Source of the DNA: Paragordius varius
Lineage: Eukaryota > Animalia > Nematomorpha
Assembly: GCA_964247055.1 (NCBI GenBank)
Contig: OZ176050.1
Location: 2,356,001 to 2,420,000, forward strand
Length of the DNA: 64,000 bases
Direction of reading: 5' to 3'
How positions within the stretch are numbered: position 1 is the stretch's first letter; each line of letters starts with the position of its first letter. The position numbers and the translations under genes were made by a program. Shown piece by piece: positions 12,467-26,500 of the stretch. The notes beneath the pieces were generated by a model, which saw only the letters and a program-made list of their open reading frames with translations, had not been told where the DNA came from and ran no database searches.

Positions 12467-12938
12467 CACATGACCTTTTGGGGTAGTTTTATATCCCAAA
12501 GCGATCTAAAATTTGACTATCCTAAAAAGCATTTAAGGTATTAGGCCGAATTTAATATGGTTTCTTTAGCCTTTTAGGCGCCTATTTTTAAAAAAAATTG
12601 TAACCTTGGAAAAAAATCCTCAACTGCCCCCTTTTTTAAATCTTTTAAAGGTTATATTATGGTTAGAAAATGTAAATAATTACCTTTAGCAAGCTTGCAA
12701 TATTTTACCAGCAAAACTTTATATATATGGATTTTAACGCCTGTTTATTTTAATCGTGTTTTGGGGCTGTCCCAATTTCAGGCTATACAAGTTCCAAAAC
12801 TAAAAAAAAGCTTTTAACCTATAACAGACCTATGTTTGTATTTAATTTTTAACTAAAATAACTTTCAAAACATTAGTTTATTTAAATGATTAAGCTTGGG
12901 GATATACCGCGGACATAAAAATGAAAAGTCATTTAGTG
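12467..12938 (-). mobile_element. piggyBac-type MITE family F2
   Basis: tcaa|CACATGACCTTTTGGGGTAGTTTTATATCCC ... AAAAGTCATTTAGTG; colinear with 40496-40968. Confidence 0.7.
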
Positions 12939-13101
12939 TAAGATTTAGTCTGAAACCGATTTGCAATCAAGACTATGACTTCTTATTAAAATAAAACAGT
13001 CAACATATGTTCATCACATGTAATAATATATAATAATTGGTATCCATTTAATATATAAAATAGCATATAAAATCCATTCTTTTTGTTTTAAAGGCAATTT
13101 A

Positions 13102-13263
13102 CAGTCATGTATGTTTAAAGTTAATCATACGTTTTAATTGATTTTACTTTGTTTTGAATTGTTATGATGTTTGATATGTCAATTTTCAACATGCGCATTT
13201 TTAAGCCTTAAGAAGTAAATCAATTAAAAACGTATGTTTGACATTCATAAACCTGCATGACTG
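13102..13263. mobile_element. 162-bp TA-flanked MITE
   Basis: TA|CAGTCATGTATG ... CTGCATGACTG|TA with ~50-bp imperfect TIRs (CATACGTTTTAATTGATTTTACTT / AAGTAAATCAATTAAAAACGTATG). Confidence 0.75.
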
Positions 13264-15666
13264 TAATTGGTAAATCCTCTTTTAGTCACAACTCTTCCTG
13301 ATTACGGTATTAATTATGAAAGACAGAAACCAGATCGGTATTGTGACCGTTAAATACTCAACTATATATGGTACCCAAAATTTTTGAAAGAAATCGGATA
13401 AAAATCAGTAAAGGTACTTTTTTAATTGAGGCTAAATTTTTTTAAAATATTAGACAATGCATAACTTAAATGGACACACAGCATCTTTACATCATTTATA
13501 ACATTTTTTAAACAAAAATTAAACTCCAAAAGAAGCATGAAAAAAACTGGCCATAACTCATTCAAAGGAAAGATGATTAGTTATAAAAAATTGTCCAGTC
13601 TATATTTTTGCGTGTCGTTTTTCTAGTTTACAAGCTATATGTAGAGAAACGTGATGTGATGTCGCACTTGACACTTGTGACAATTTTGACAACTTTGACA
13701 GAATAAATGAGTAAAAAATTGTGTAAGCCTTTCTTATTCCAATTATTATTAAAACACAACACACACATATATGTGTACATTTGTGTTACAACAGTAAAAT
13801 TTATTTTTTTAATTTTTTTATCCATCTATCTATGTAATTTATATTTATTTAGGTAGAGCCTACATTATTTCAGCATCATAACAACAAAACATTTATCACA
13901 ACGGTTGTGAGTGTCTCTGAGAAATGGACAAAAATGTAATTTATGTAAAAGAAAACTTGTTTTTACCACACAAAGAAAATATGTTAAACAGAAAATAATT
14001 AATTCCGTAATTTTAATAAATTTAATTTAACCGTTTTTTAACGAATTTTAGAAACTAAATATAACAAACCCCCAAAAATTACTAATATTTTTGCTTGCTA
14101 CTTTCAAGGGTTTTTCTCTTTAAACTAAATTTAACTTAAAAACAATAACATATGCTAGGACGTAAATAATCACTTTTTGAACGTCATCAAATATGGATTG
14201 ATAATCCCACAAACATAAAATACATTCAAAAATTTAGGTACTCTGCCCACCAATCCACACTGTAGGTGTGTATGTAAAAAAGAATACGTACCTAAAAAGC
14301 ATATTTTTTTCTGTTAAAGATGGGATGATATAAATATAAAGCTTTAGTAAAATTAGGTCGTTGTTCTGTCATACATCATCTATCATTCAACTCTATAGTA
14401 CATATTTGCTTATACAACCATTCTACGTATATTATGTTTTTTAGTTTCTCTAAACTAAAAAAAACTCATCTTTTTTCACATTGTGTGTTACACATATTTT
14501 ACACATGGACTTTCTTACATTTTATGCGATACGTTCAGAATAAAATGTCTTCTCTAAAAACAGAAACTCTGATATGGTTGATAGATGAGGTGTCTACTTT
14601 GTATATATCTCAAAGCACATTTACTAATAACTCTACTTCAATATATCATTCATTCATTGTCTTTTTGTCACATCTATTTCTACTTTAAGCCAAAATTATG
14701 TGTACGGACCAAACTGTAAAATATAGAGCTTGTTTAATAATACCAATGAACAAAAAACTTGAATTGACCAATTACAAGAAAAAAATTGATATAAATAATA
14801 AGAATAGAATTTATGCATAATATGTAATTACTGCAAGTGTCAAAACAATGTTGCTGATAAGAATTTATTAATAATTATCATAGTAAAAAAATAATTAGAG
14901 TAATAAATTAGCAAATAATTATTTAAAAACATTGGATATTGGTAGAAAATGTATAACATAAAATTTTATTGCATATAAATAGGTTATAATGACATGGGTA
15001 TAATTAACACTAAAAAATTACTTTTTTTCGACAGGAAACCTATAATATGGAAATAACTGGTTTCAGTTCACCATTAGCAAGTCAGACCGAACTCAAGGAT
15101 ATGAAACGGTTAATAACTGCTAGTCAATGTGAATGTTATAAACATTCAGAATAAAATAGTTTAATGCTTAAGATTGAAAATTTTAACCATACCTATAACG
15201 ATAACCTTTTTCCAAAAATTTCAACAAGCAGGTATATCCATTTGTAAATCCACAATTGGGTTTAAAAATTTGACGATCAACCATATATTTTAAATTTTTA
15301 TAAAATAGTTTAAAAACAGGAATATGATTGTTGGGGTTTTGACCGTATAAAATAAAACAGCCTGGATGATAAATGTAATCATTCACGGTAATAAATAGTC
15401 ATTAAAATATAAATGTGCAAATATTTAACTAATTAAAACAAGAGTTTTTAATATTTTAACGGAGTGTAAATTTTATTAAATTAAAAATGTTTAAATTTTG
15501 TTTTAGCATATGAGTTTCATTTTAGACATAATCATATGTTTAAATGTTTTAGACTGGTTCATTTTCAGCAGTAACAGCAGGGTCATGATTTTCTCATAAC
15601 TAAAAGCACCATGTTCCATTTTCTATCAAAATACACCTATATATTATATATATATATATATATATA

Positions 15667-15986
15667 CCATTTACAATTCAAATTCACCCTTGAAAGATTC
15701 AAATTCACCCTCGAACATTTCAAATTCCCCTTAACAATTTAAATTCACCCTAAAAATAAATTATGTTTCGGGCTAATATAACTCATTATTAATATGAAAT
15801 ATAGCTTTATGGCATAGTTTATTATTTTTTCAGTATTATATTAATTTTTAACGAAATTTCATTTTACAAAAATATAAAAAAATATAGGTAAATTAAAATC
15901 TTAAAAACATATAATTTATTTTAGGGTGAATTTTATTGTTTAAAATAAAATTGAAACATTTAAAGGGGATTTTGAATTGTAAATGG
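15667..15986. mobile_element. 320-bp TA-flanked MITE inserted at a (TA)n run
   Basis: TA|CCATTTACAATTCAAA ... TTTGAATTGTAAATGG|TA; subterminal AAATTCACCCT subrepeats on the left and AGGGTGAATTT on the right. Confidence 0.75.
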
Positions 15987-18900
15987 TAATAAACTATTGC
16001 ATCTCATCTAATTAGAACACTTTGGAAATTTGACCTTCGCTTTTACAATAAGAAATTTACATCAAATTACAATAACAAATATGCCCGTAGATGATTATCA
16101 TTGCAAAATATTTATTATAATGTAAATATTTTTTATCTTCACACCATATGACCTGTATAATTTATTAGAGCAGTGGTATTCAAACCGCAGCGTGCTTTTT
16201 ATGGCTCTGCATTTTTATTTTTTTTTCCGAATTTAGAGGTAAAATATCTGCATATGTGTCAAATTGTAATGCAGATTTGTCGGTATTATATGGTGCTCGG
16301 CACTTGATTTAAGAAAAAATATTTTTACTTTATTTTTATTGTAATATATTTTAAAATAAATATAGCATTTTATCACCTTTTTGGCTTAAATAAGTTAAAG
16401 AATTCTTAAGCACTGTGACTTAGTTTAAATTTGCATACGTTCCTAAGTTTTCAGTACAAAAGTCAAATAAAACTTTCAACTGTTTATTAACTATAACTTC
16501 TTATTTCGACAAAAAATTATAAAGTAGATTATCAATGATAGTCCACATTAATTTTAAACATGAGGCTATTTTGAAAAATCTAAAATATCATTCCGCGGTA
16601 ACCATTTAGTCCATACTTACTTTTTCTAATCAAAATTTTTAATGATATTTATAATATTTTACGCCAAAATTTTTTAATAAATCATTCCATGGGTTAAAAT
16701 TATATCAACATTTTGCATAATTGTCAAATTGTTTGGTCAAGTTAATTCTCTTTTAGTGTAAAATTTGTGTCTAACATATTAAAGTAATATAATGTATTTA
16801 GTTTTAGTGACTTGTCTTTTGAAGGCTTGTGTATAATTGAAAATCGTAGTTACGCCACTGATTAAGAAAGGATGTTTTACCATACATTGTTACAAATCTT
16901 ATGCAACTTTCAAAACGTACCCATAGATTGTGCTGAATGCTGATAAATTTGTGACAAGATTATTTGATGCCATAACAAATGTTTTAACCTCTAACTCATT
17001 TTCCAAATCCTTAGATTTAAGACTTGAAAAAAATCATCTCTACAGTTTTTCGATACAAATTGAATTAGTTGACAATTCCAGGCTTGTTTATCAAATATTT
17101 TAAAATATGGAATGTATTGAAATTTCAAAAGTTTGCACTTATCTAACATTGATGCATCGAAATACAAGGATTATTTATTCAAAATTACTTGATATTTCTC
17201 ATATAAACTAGAAGCAAATATTTAGACAGCATGACATGTAAACTTTAGCTAAATTTTAAAAAATAATACGAAACTATTTCTTTAAAACTTTTTTTAGCGT
17301 TATAAAACACCCTAATAGATGTTTAAAAATGGCCCCGTAGTTTAATATGGCAATTTCTTAAACTCAATTCCTCTAATAATTTTGACTTTTTAAATTATTT
17401 TTATCAAGATAGGTGCATAAAATTAATATGGAACCAGGAGTATATACAAATTATTTATTTAAAATTAGCCGTTAACATGTATCGAAGTTTAATTAAAAAT
17501 TCAATTCTTGGCATTGTGTTGGATTTTAATATAACTTAGGTGCGTTGTTTTTTTCAAAGCTCACAATTTAGGATCAAAGTCTACTAATATATTTTATTAT
17601 TAACTAATATACTTTTTTATGTAAAATCATGGTCCGTTTTCTCGTTTCCCATAATGGCATTTAAGATACCAGCTGTTATAATAAATTTTGATTAGTTATT
17701 AGTATACGCGGTCCCAGTCACTATCATATAAGCTTTCCTTATGCATCAAGCCCACCGATTTATAGCACAATCTGACAATTTTTTTAACAAATTCAGAATT
17801 TGTCGAACATTCTGCTTTTTAATAGAAATGTAATCAATTATAATATAACATGACATTAATGAAATGCGATGCCAAAAAGTGTATGGTTTAAAATAATTTA
17901 TAAACCATAATTATATAATGATTTATTAATATTAGATTTTACAGTGTACCAAAATAAATTATTTTATAATTTTTTGGACGATGGATGTAGAAGGCAGGCA
18001 ATCAGGATAAATCATTAAATGTAATTACTATATAAAATATTTTAACGATTACATGATACGTATATATATGTAATAATTATACTGATTGTATTTATTTATA
18101 AAGCTGTTTCGGTATTATTACTTATTATTACTTTTTGCCTATGTGAACTTTAAATGCTCCATTTTTTCGGAATTCGTTTTGCCATCATAAATACATATAT
18201 ATCATAATATTTATCATACATGTAGACAGAATTAATATTTTGTAATGTAAAGAGCTAGTTACATATCTATAAAAATAGCTATATATTTTGATTTAATGCA
18301 TTATCCATCATCCAATTTCCTATTTTTCCCATATTTAATAGATCAATCAATCAATCATTTATTTCAGATGTGCCTAGCAATAAACATCACATTTTCTTCC
18401 TAAAATAAGGCTGGCTATTTTTTTTCACTAATAAAATTTGGCCCATAGTTAACGAGGTAACTATTAAAGGAGAAGCACTCTTCCTCTCTCTCTTTTTCGA
18501 GTTTAAAAAGATAATAATCTTAAAAAATATATATATAATTTATATATTTCATATAATCCAAATTTTTACGTTTACGATGATTTATTAACATTGATATTTA
18601 TTTTTTATTACAAGTTTACGCATTGAATGGTTATCTACTAACTTCATATTACGTTCACACTGAGTGCTTAAATACACAACCATGATGTGCTTTGGATTTG
18701 ACTGTCCAATTATATTATTATATATGTACTTAAATCTTATTCACGCAATCACATATTTATTTCTCTGGACATTTACGATTTCTTCCTAAAAGCATTAATC
18801 TAACACATCAGAGCAGCTTAGCCTAAGAAGCATATTGCCATATAAAATTGGATATTTATTATAATTATATTTAAATTTTGTCGATATCTAAACGTTATAT

Positions 18901-19616
18901 AGAACTTGGCTTATAAATTTCCTCTCAATCTATTCAATATTCACCCTATCATTCCATAAAATAGTCAATAAAATGTCAAAGATGAAAGAGGTATATTGTT
19001 TTTAAATATTACTTATGCATTTAACATTTTTTTAAACAATTTTTAGTTTTAAGCAGGGGTGTTCAACACAAATGGCTTCGCGGCCGCATTAATGGGTATA
19101 CCATTTTAAGGTTAACATGGGTATATATATAAATATACATATTTTACGATCCTAAAATAACCCTATCAAACAAAATTGATATAATTTTGAATTATGGTGA
19201 AAAATAATATTTTAACATAAATGATATTAATTTTACTAAGATATTTAATTAAATACCTAAAATATGTTGTTTTATATAGTTTTTTTTAAATTTTTTCGCC
19301 CGTATAATTTTTTGTGGATGAGGGTCATAAGAATGAATTATGCATTTTAATTGGTAAAATTAGAGTTTAAAATTTTTTTATGAAAAATTTAGTAGTGGCT
19401 GAAATTATGAGGTTTATCTAACAAAAAATTAATTTTAGTTAAAAGTTCAATCTTTTTTATTTAATTTAACAATATATTTAAAAGATGATTTATGCGTTAT
19501 AATCAGAAAAATTATGTGTTTTTCAAAATTTAAATTAAATTCTTGGAATTTCGTCGAAAAATATTATTTGAAATAAAATGTTTTTCTGACAATTTCCTAT
19601 GTTTATATTTAAATTA

Positions 19617-21560
19617 CAGTCATGTAGACTTTAATTTATCAAAATTATACTTTTTTTCGTTAAATGGGTATTAATATTTGGTAAAGAATATAAAAACAAG
19701 AGCTATATGGTATTACCATATCATATTCTTTAAAAAAGTAAAAGAAGTGTGGGGGAAGGGCGTCGGAAATCTTTAGTAAAAAATGAAAATCTTAAAATTG
19801 TTATAGGGGAATGGTAATATTTTTGTTAATTTTTTGCAAAACTTTATAGATTAATTTTTTTGATAAAAATTTATTTCGCAGTACACATATGAAAGAGAAT
19901 TTACGTGAAAATTAACATAATAAATTTGATGAATATTTTGTATGTTAATGAGAATATTACAATGTTAACATTTAAAATATTGTTGTTACGTATTTAGATG
20001 TGGAATTTTGTGGGTTTTTATTCTTAATAATTTTATAAATAGTAAAATGGGTATTTTAATATTATTTATGATTTATAATTAAATTCAATAATTACTATTT
20101 TTCAACATAATAAATACCTTTATTAATCAAAATTGGTATTATTATTTTAAATAGTTGTTATTAGTAATTAAAATACAGGTTATATATTTGTGAAAATTTA
20201 ATTAGATTATAGATTGGTTTTGTTTTTATGTTTTTCATGGTTAATTTTTATGTGTTTACATTTTAATCAGGTAAAAATTGCGGTTTTAAATTTAGTCAAA
20301 TTTAATTTTTTTTTGTTTTTTAGGATTTGCATTGCAAATTGTAATAAATTACTACATATTGGAAATTTTAAAATACAATGGCGGTTAATTTCAAATTTAC
20401 TTTTTTTCATTGGTAATTGTAATTAATTACATATTGTGGATATTTTAATAACTACAGGTAAAAAATGCAGTTTTTAATAAATTTAATAAAAATTGAGATT
20501 TTGTTTTTTAGAATTTGCATTGTTATTTGTAATTATTTTATTTGGTCATTTTAATAAATACAGGTAAAAATGCCAGTTTTTTAGAATTTAACATGTTTTG
20601 TATCATTGTTATTTGTTTTTAATTAATAAATATTTTGGACATAAAAACAGGTGAAAATTGCCGTTTTTAATAAATTAGTTAAATTTTTTAATTACTATAT
20701 ATTTTTGATACATTGATATATACAGGTAAAAATTACTATCATTAGAATAAATTAGGGTTGAACAAAATATAAAAAATTTATTAATTTTATTAAAACCGCA
20801 ATTTTTACCTGTATTTTTTAAAATTTCCAAATATATAGTATTTAATTACAATTAACAATGATAAATAAAAAAACAAAAAAATTAAATTTGACTAAATTTA
20901 AAACCGCAATTTTTACCTGATTAAAATGTAAAGATTAACCATGAAAAACATAAAAACAAAACCAATCTATAATCTAATTAAATTTTCACAAGTATATAAC
21001 CTGTATTTTAATTACTAATAACAACTTTTAAAATAATAATACCAATTTTGATTAATAAAGGTATTTATTATGTTGAAAAATAGTAATTATTGAATTTAAT
21101 TATGAATCATAAATAATATTAAAATACCCATTTTACTATTTATAAAATTATTAAGAATAAAAACCCACAAAATTCCGCATCTAAATACCTAACAACAATA
21201 TTTTAAATGTTAACATTGTTATATTCTCATTAACATACAAAATATTCATCAAATTTATTATGTTAATTTTCACGCCAATCCTCTTTATATGTGTACTGCG
21301 AAATAAATTTTTATCAAAAAAATTAATATATAAAGTTTTGCAAAAAATTAACAAAAATATTACCATTCCCCTATAACAATTTTAAGATTTTCATTTTTTA
21401 CTAAAGATTTCCGACGCCCTTCCCCCACACTTCTTTTACTTTTTTAAAGAATATGATATGGTAATACCATGTAGCTCTTGTTTTTATATTCTTTACCAAA
21501 TATTAATACACAATTAACGAAAAAAAGTATAATTTTGATAAATTAAAGTCTACATGACTG
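19617..21560. mobile_element. 1.94-kb foldback element (TA-flanked, CAGT...ACTG termini, Tc1/mariner-type ends) with ~700-bp near-identical arms and internal subrepeats
   Basis: TA|CAGTCATGTAGACTTTAATT ... AATTAAAGTCTACATGACTG|TA. 19617-~20315 is the reverse complement of ~20865-21560 with few differences. The motif CAGGTAAAAAT(TGCGG) recurs at 20268, 20455, 20561, 20648 and 20723, and inverted near 20800 and 20910. Confidence 0.9.
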
Positions 21561-23039
21561 TAATAATAATGAGAACAAGGATCTATTTAAAATGTTAACA
21601 TGTAATAATGATTAATATATAAAAAATGTTAAATATTTCAGGCATTATTTAACTTTAAGTATGAAAAATTAATAGTATATAAACTATTCAAATATTTAAT
21701 TAATTTTATTCATAAAAACTTTTTCTAAATTATTTTAAACTAACTTCAGATCTGCATTTAAAAATTCACACCAAAATTATGATTTATGGCTTGAAATGTT
21801 TAATTAAACCCCGAGAGAGTGTTATGTCAAAAATATAAAGTATACGAATAAATTAAACCTTTTAATAAAAATTTTATCTAATTACCTATCAATTCAAAAT
21901 ATTTTTTAAGTATCGTGACGTGATTACATATTTTTGATATCTTACAAAGCAGTATGTTGCGCATTAGAAACTGTTTTTAAGTTATTGTATATACACTTTT
22001 TACCGTTAAAAACAACTAATATATCTGGGCATTAAAATAGGATTATTTTGATTTATTTTTAATTTTAGCATTTACAATAATGTTTACTTAAATAACGCTA
22101 ATGAGAAGGTGGTATGTATGTTAAAAACTGTATTTAATTTTTGATCCAATTTATATATTTGTATATAATTAATAGTCAAGGCTCGAAACTACAGTTTATT
22201 AAAGCAGTGGTACAACACAAATAACTTTGCGGGTGGCATTTTTGAATCAAAAAATCTGATGGGCAGAATTTGAAATATATACGAGCAATAAATATTTTAT
22301 TGAATATCAAACGTAACACGGTAAAATTCAAACACAGTATAATAATTATTTCTAGTTCGTTGCCAATTTAAACCAAAATATTGTTTAAAAAATTTAATTT
22401 TACCAAGATTTTGTGAGCATATTTTGCATTATGCATTTCCAAATATTTAGCGGGCTGAACCCAATGTCTCGGCAGGACGCATGATGGAAACCCCTGTATT
22501 AAAGGGTAAAACCACCACAAAAGAAATATTAACTCATTATCAATAGTTTCAAATTGTAAACATTCTTTCAGCACGTATTTTTGAATAGACCATAACAACT
22601 CCAATTTTATTTATATTAAAAAACAGTTTGGGTTGCTGCCGATTATATTAAAATCTGCGGCCATAAAATAGATAACATGTTAAATTAAACAATAGTTATG
22701 GCTTGTGTTCAAACAAGGAATAGTTACGCTGCTCATTATTAAAGGGCATTCCACAAATTAAAGAAAAAAATTAATTTAAAATTTTGATTGTACAAGGCAA
22801 AATTTCATACCTTATTTTATTTTAGCAATAGTTTCAAAATAATTCTCTCATAATTTCTACTGTATATCTTTCTTTTTAGATACCTTAATTAGATCTTTAG
22901 CATTTAATTGATACTGATACTGATTTACGGAACTTTGTGATAAATTTTAACATGTGAAATATAGCAAGAGCGTCTGAAAATCCAAAAATATAATAATTTA
23001 GAGCCTTATGACTGATTATGTGTTTACTTTTTTTGCTGA

Positions 23040-23572
23040 CACCTTATTACCTTTTGACATTTTTACCCTAATTTCCCTTTTGGGGTAGTTTTAGCGAAGA
23101 GCTAAATTTTGCAACTACAATTTTGAAAATTATTTATAAAATTTGAATTATCAAACATTGTTCTCATGTATAAGTTAAAAAAGCTTATATCTGTTACATT
23201 TTTATGACTTCTAGAATCTAAAATTGGGACAGCTCTAAAACACGATTTAAACGAACAGCTGATATGAAATAAAATATATCAAGTTTTTGATGGTAAAATG
23301 TAGCCAGAAAGCTTCTTAAAGTTAATTTTACATTTTCTAACAATAATATACATTTATTTGGCTGTTGCATTAGTGAAAAAAAAAAGTTATAGTGTCGCAA
23401 AAAAGAGATGAGGATATTTTGACATTTTTACATATTTTAAAAAAATAATTTGTATAATGCGCCTAAAAAACTAAAGAAAGCATTTTTATATTCGGCTTAA
23501 TTTAATTAGTTCTTAAGATTCGAAATTTAAATCACTCTGGGATATAAAACTACCCCAAAAGGTAATGGAGTA
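23040..23572 (+). mobile_element. piggyBac-type MITE family F2, uninterrupted copy
   Basis: CACCTTATTACCTTTT ... GGGATATAAAACTACCCCAAAAGGTAATGGAGTA|TTAA; reverse complement of the 12.5-kb and 40.5-kb copies. Confidence 0.7.
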
Positions 23573-26500
23573 TTAAGTTTTTGAACCGTATTTATTGGAA
23601 GTTATGCAACTTCTAACCCTTTAAAATAAAATAAATGTTCGCATTAACAAATTGGGTTGTGAAATAATTTTCCAAAAACATATTATTTCAAATTTTCTTG
23701 TTTTTTGATTCATAAAATATTAAAGTTAAAATCAAAATTTTGCTAATTTATATATAACAATATACAATTATAATTTATTATGGAAATGGCAATGATCATA
23801 CAAACCATTATGAAATGTCAGCCAAAAAATGGCTCATAAATTATATTTATAAAATAATTTTTTTAAAAAAAATTTTTTTATTATTTTTTACAATAATAAT
23901 AAAAATGATAATAAATTATTGCTAATTTATGTTTATTTTTCCCTCTGATAAAAATAATATTTTTTTTCCAAAAAACATAGATAGATAGATATAAATTATC
24001 AATTTCAGCCTAATATGATGCGTGTGGAATTTTTGTTTTAATTTTATAAAACATAAAAAGCTAAAATACTAATAAAATAATTGATGATTTATTCGTTGAC
24101 CAACATTAGGCTTATAAATTTTCAATTTTTTTTAGTTCAATATTTTTTAAAGATCTGAGAGAATAAAAGTTAATTATTTAATTTTTAAACTTAATCAACA
24201 ATTGATTGATTAAAATTAATTTAATAGATTTTGGAGAGAAAAGATACGCATCGATATGTTAATTATATTTGTTATTAGTAATATTTAAAAAAGAATTTTG
24301 TTTTTATTTTGTTTAGAATGGATTCAGTTAAAACCCATCAATTTAATTTATGGCTGTGCGGTTCTAAATTTAGCCTAATACAATTCAAGACAATCAAATT
24401 ATTTGTTACTTAAATTTTAATTTAAAATGCTCTCATACAGGTTGTTTTCAATATAATTACATCGTTAAATATGGTAAAAACTATGCAATAAGTCTAAAAA
24501 AACCAAAATAATTATTTGGTAGAAATCCCATTATAATATCCGAATCGCTGTGTAATTTATGTGATTCATACATCATTGGTGTGCAAAATAAGTCTTAAAT
24601 CGATGTGAAATTTGTATTTATTGTCACAAAAATGTAATATAATATATTGGACACTAGATATACATATATCATGTAGAAGAATTTATTTTTTTGTCATCTT
24701 TCTAAATTGAGAATCCTGAACATGAAGGTGGCTCGCTAATTTATTTCGAAAGCCATAATTTTTTTGCACAATAAATTATATCCATTATGATTTTTGTTTG
24801 GAAACAATTTTACATTGCTATAATTTTAGGATTCAGAGTTTTTACTTTAGAAATTCGTTATAAAAATTATTTAATGGCTTGAAATAGAATTTTTTAACCA
24901 TTTTGATCTTATTATTAGTAGATATTAAATAATAAACGATTTCATAATATTTTAATCTATTAAAATTTGTACAAATTTAGATAAAAATTTTCTACATCCG
25001 TATAAAAATAAATGTTTATTATTATTTTTCCCGCTCCTTTTTGTCCAAAAATTAGGTTATTAAATTAAAAATTTTAACCACTTTCCAAACGTAATCAATT
25101 TTATAAATCCTATTCGTATATAATTTACTTTTATAGGAATTTTCCGATTCCGTTCAAATCTATAGTCACTCACACGCGTTTTGTCTTTAAGGTCTTTAGA
25201 TTAAAACTTCAAACTTAATTAGCGGCATATCATTCAATATTTCGTTGATGAAAATTAATTTTTCACAATTCTACCATATATGTCCACCAGTTACAGTTTT
25301 TTCCCTAACTATAACATATTTTTGCAACACATTTTTTAAATTATGTATGTAAAGAATTAGCTATGATGAATTATTTGAATTCTGTTTTATGTTTGTGCCA
25401 TGGCTTTTTGGTTATTTGTTATACAATTATGACAGAACGTAGATAATTTAGATTTACACTTTAGTATTTTTGTCAAGTTTTTGATAAAAAAAAATAAATT
25501 TTGACATGTATGGCATTTAAATGATCATAATGCTGTTTTTGGTTGATTTAAGAGTGAAAAATAAACTAAATTTTTAATATATGCTTGTTTGCTTGCTTGG
25601 TTTCCTAACAAACGAGGACCACAATTTATTTTTGCGTGATAAATTAAATATATAAATAATGGATTTATTTATACAGCAATATATGTTTGACATTATGACA
25701 GATATATTTTACACAAACTTTGCATATGTGCAGAGCTAGCTAATATATTTTAAATCAATCAACCAAATTTTAAACATATCTATTATTCCTATGAGTTTTG
25801 GACAATGTTATATATACTAGGAATAGCATTTTTATAACATAATTTATTATATAAATGATTAATAGGTTGAAATTTTATCAAATTCTCACAAATTTTTTTA
25901 ACAATTTTTGAAGAGTTGTATAAAACAAAAAGATTAATTATTGGCTCAAATTTATATTGGTGTACACGTTAATTAATCTTATAGTCCATAAATTTTTCGA
26001 TTGCTCGTTTTCAGCCATAACAATAAGTAACAAAAAGTGGAAAATCTACCTACTCTGCAAACAAATTTTTCTCTTTCACCAATTGAAGAACCATTTAATC
26101 CAATCAATATCTCTCTAGTATATTATGAAAATTATCTGATTGTAACTCATTAAAATAATTTGCTTAGTTTAAGAAATTAAATAAGGCTGGGTGTATGATG
26201 GACATTACGATTTTATTACGGTTTATTGGTATTAAGCAAAGTATTTGACCAAAAACACCAATTTTAAAATACGAAAAATATTTTGGGTTCACGTTGCATT
26301 TTCGGGAATAAACTAATTTTTAAAAGGCAGCATTTTTAACATTTGTGTCTTAAAATAAAGGTGTGATAATTATAAAATGTAAAAATCAAGCTTTTTATAC
26401 TATCTAAAAACAGTTATATGTCTGTGGGGTTTTCGATTCAAAAAAATATATATCATAATTCACCGCATGTTCAAGAATTCTCGCATGAGATTAAAAATTT

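Noticed and set aside
16860-17250. Possible decayed transposase coding sequence on the minus strand
   Set aside because: I could not recover any diagnostic motif in the right order; too weak to call.
20260-20920. Regularly recurring ~20-bp motif with variable spacers, superficially CRISPR-like
   Set aside because: Spacers are 75-190 bp and resemble each other, the array inverts, the context is eukaryotic and there are no cas genes; these are transposon subrepeats.
20214-21366. ORFs 20214-20426 and 21181-21366 inside the foldback element
   Set aside because: Short, low-complexity and without transposase motifs; chance frames in AT-rich repeats.
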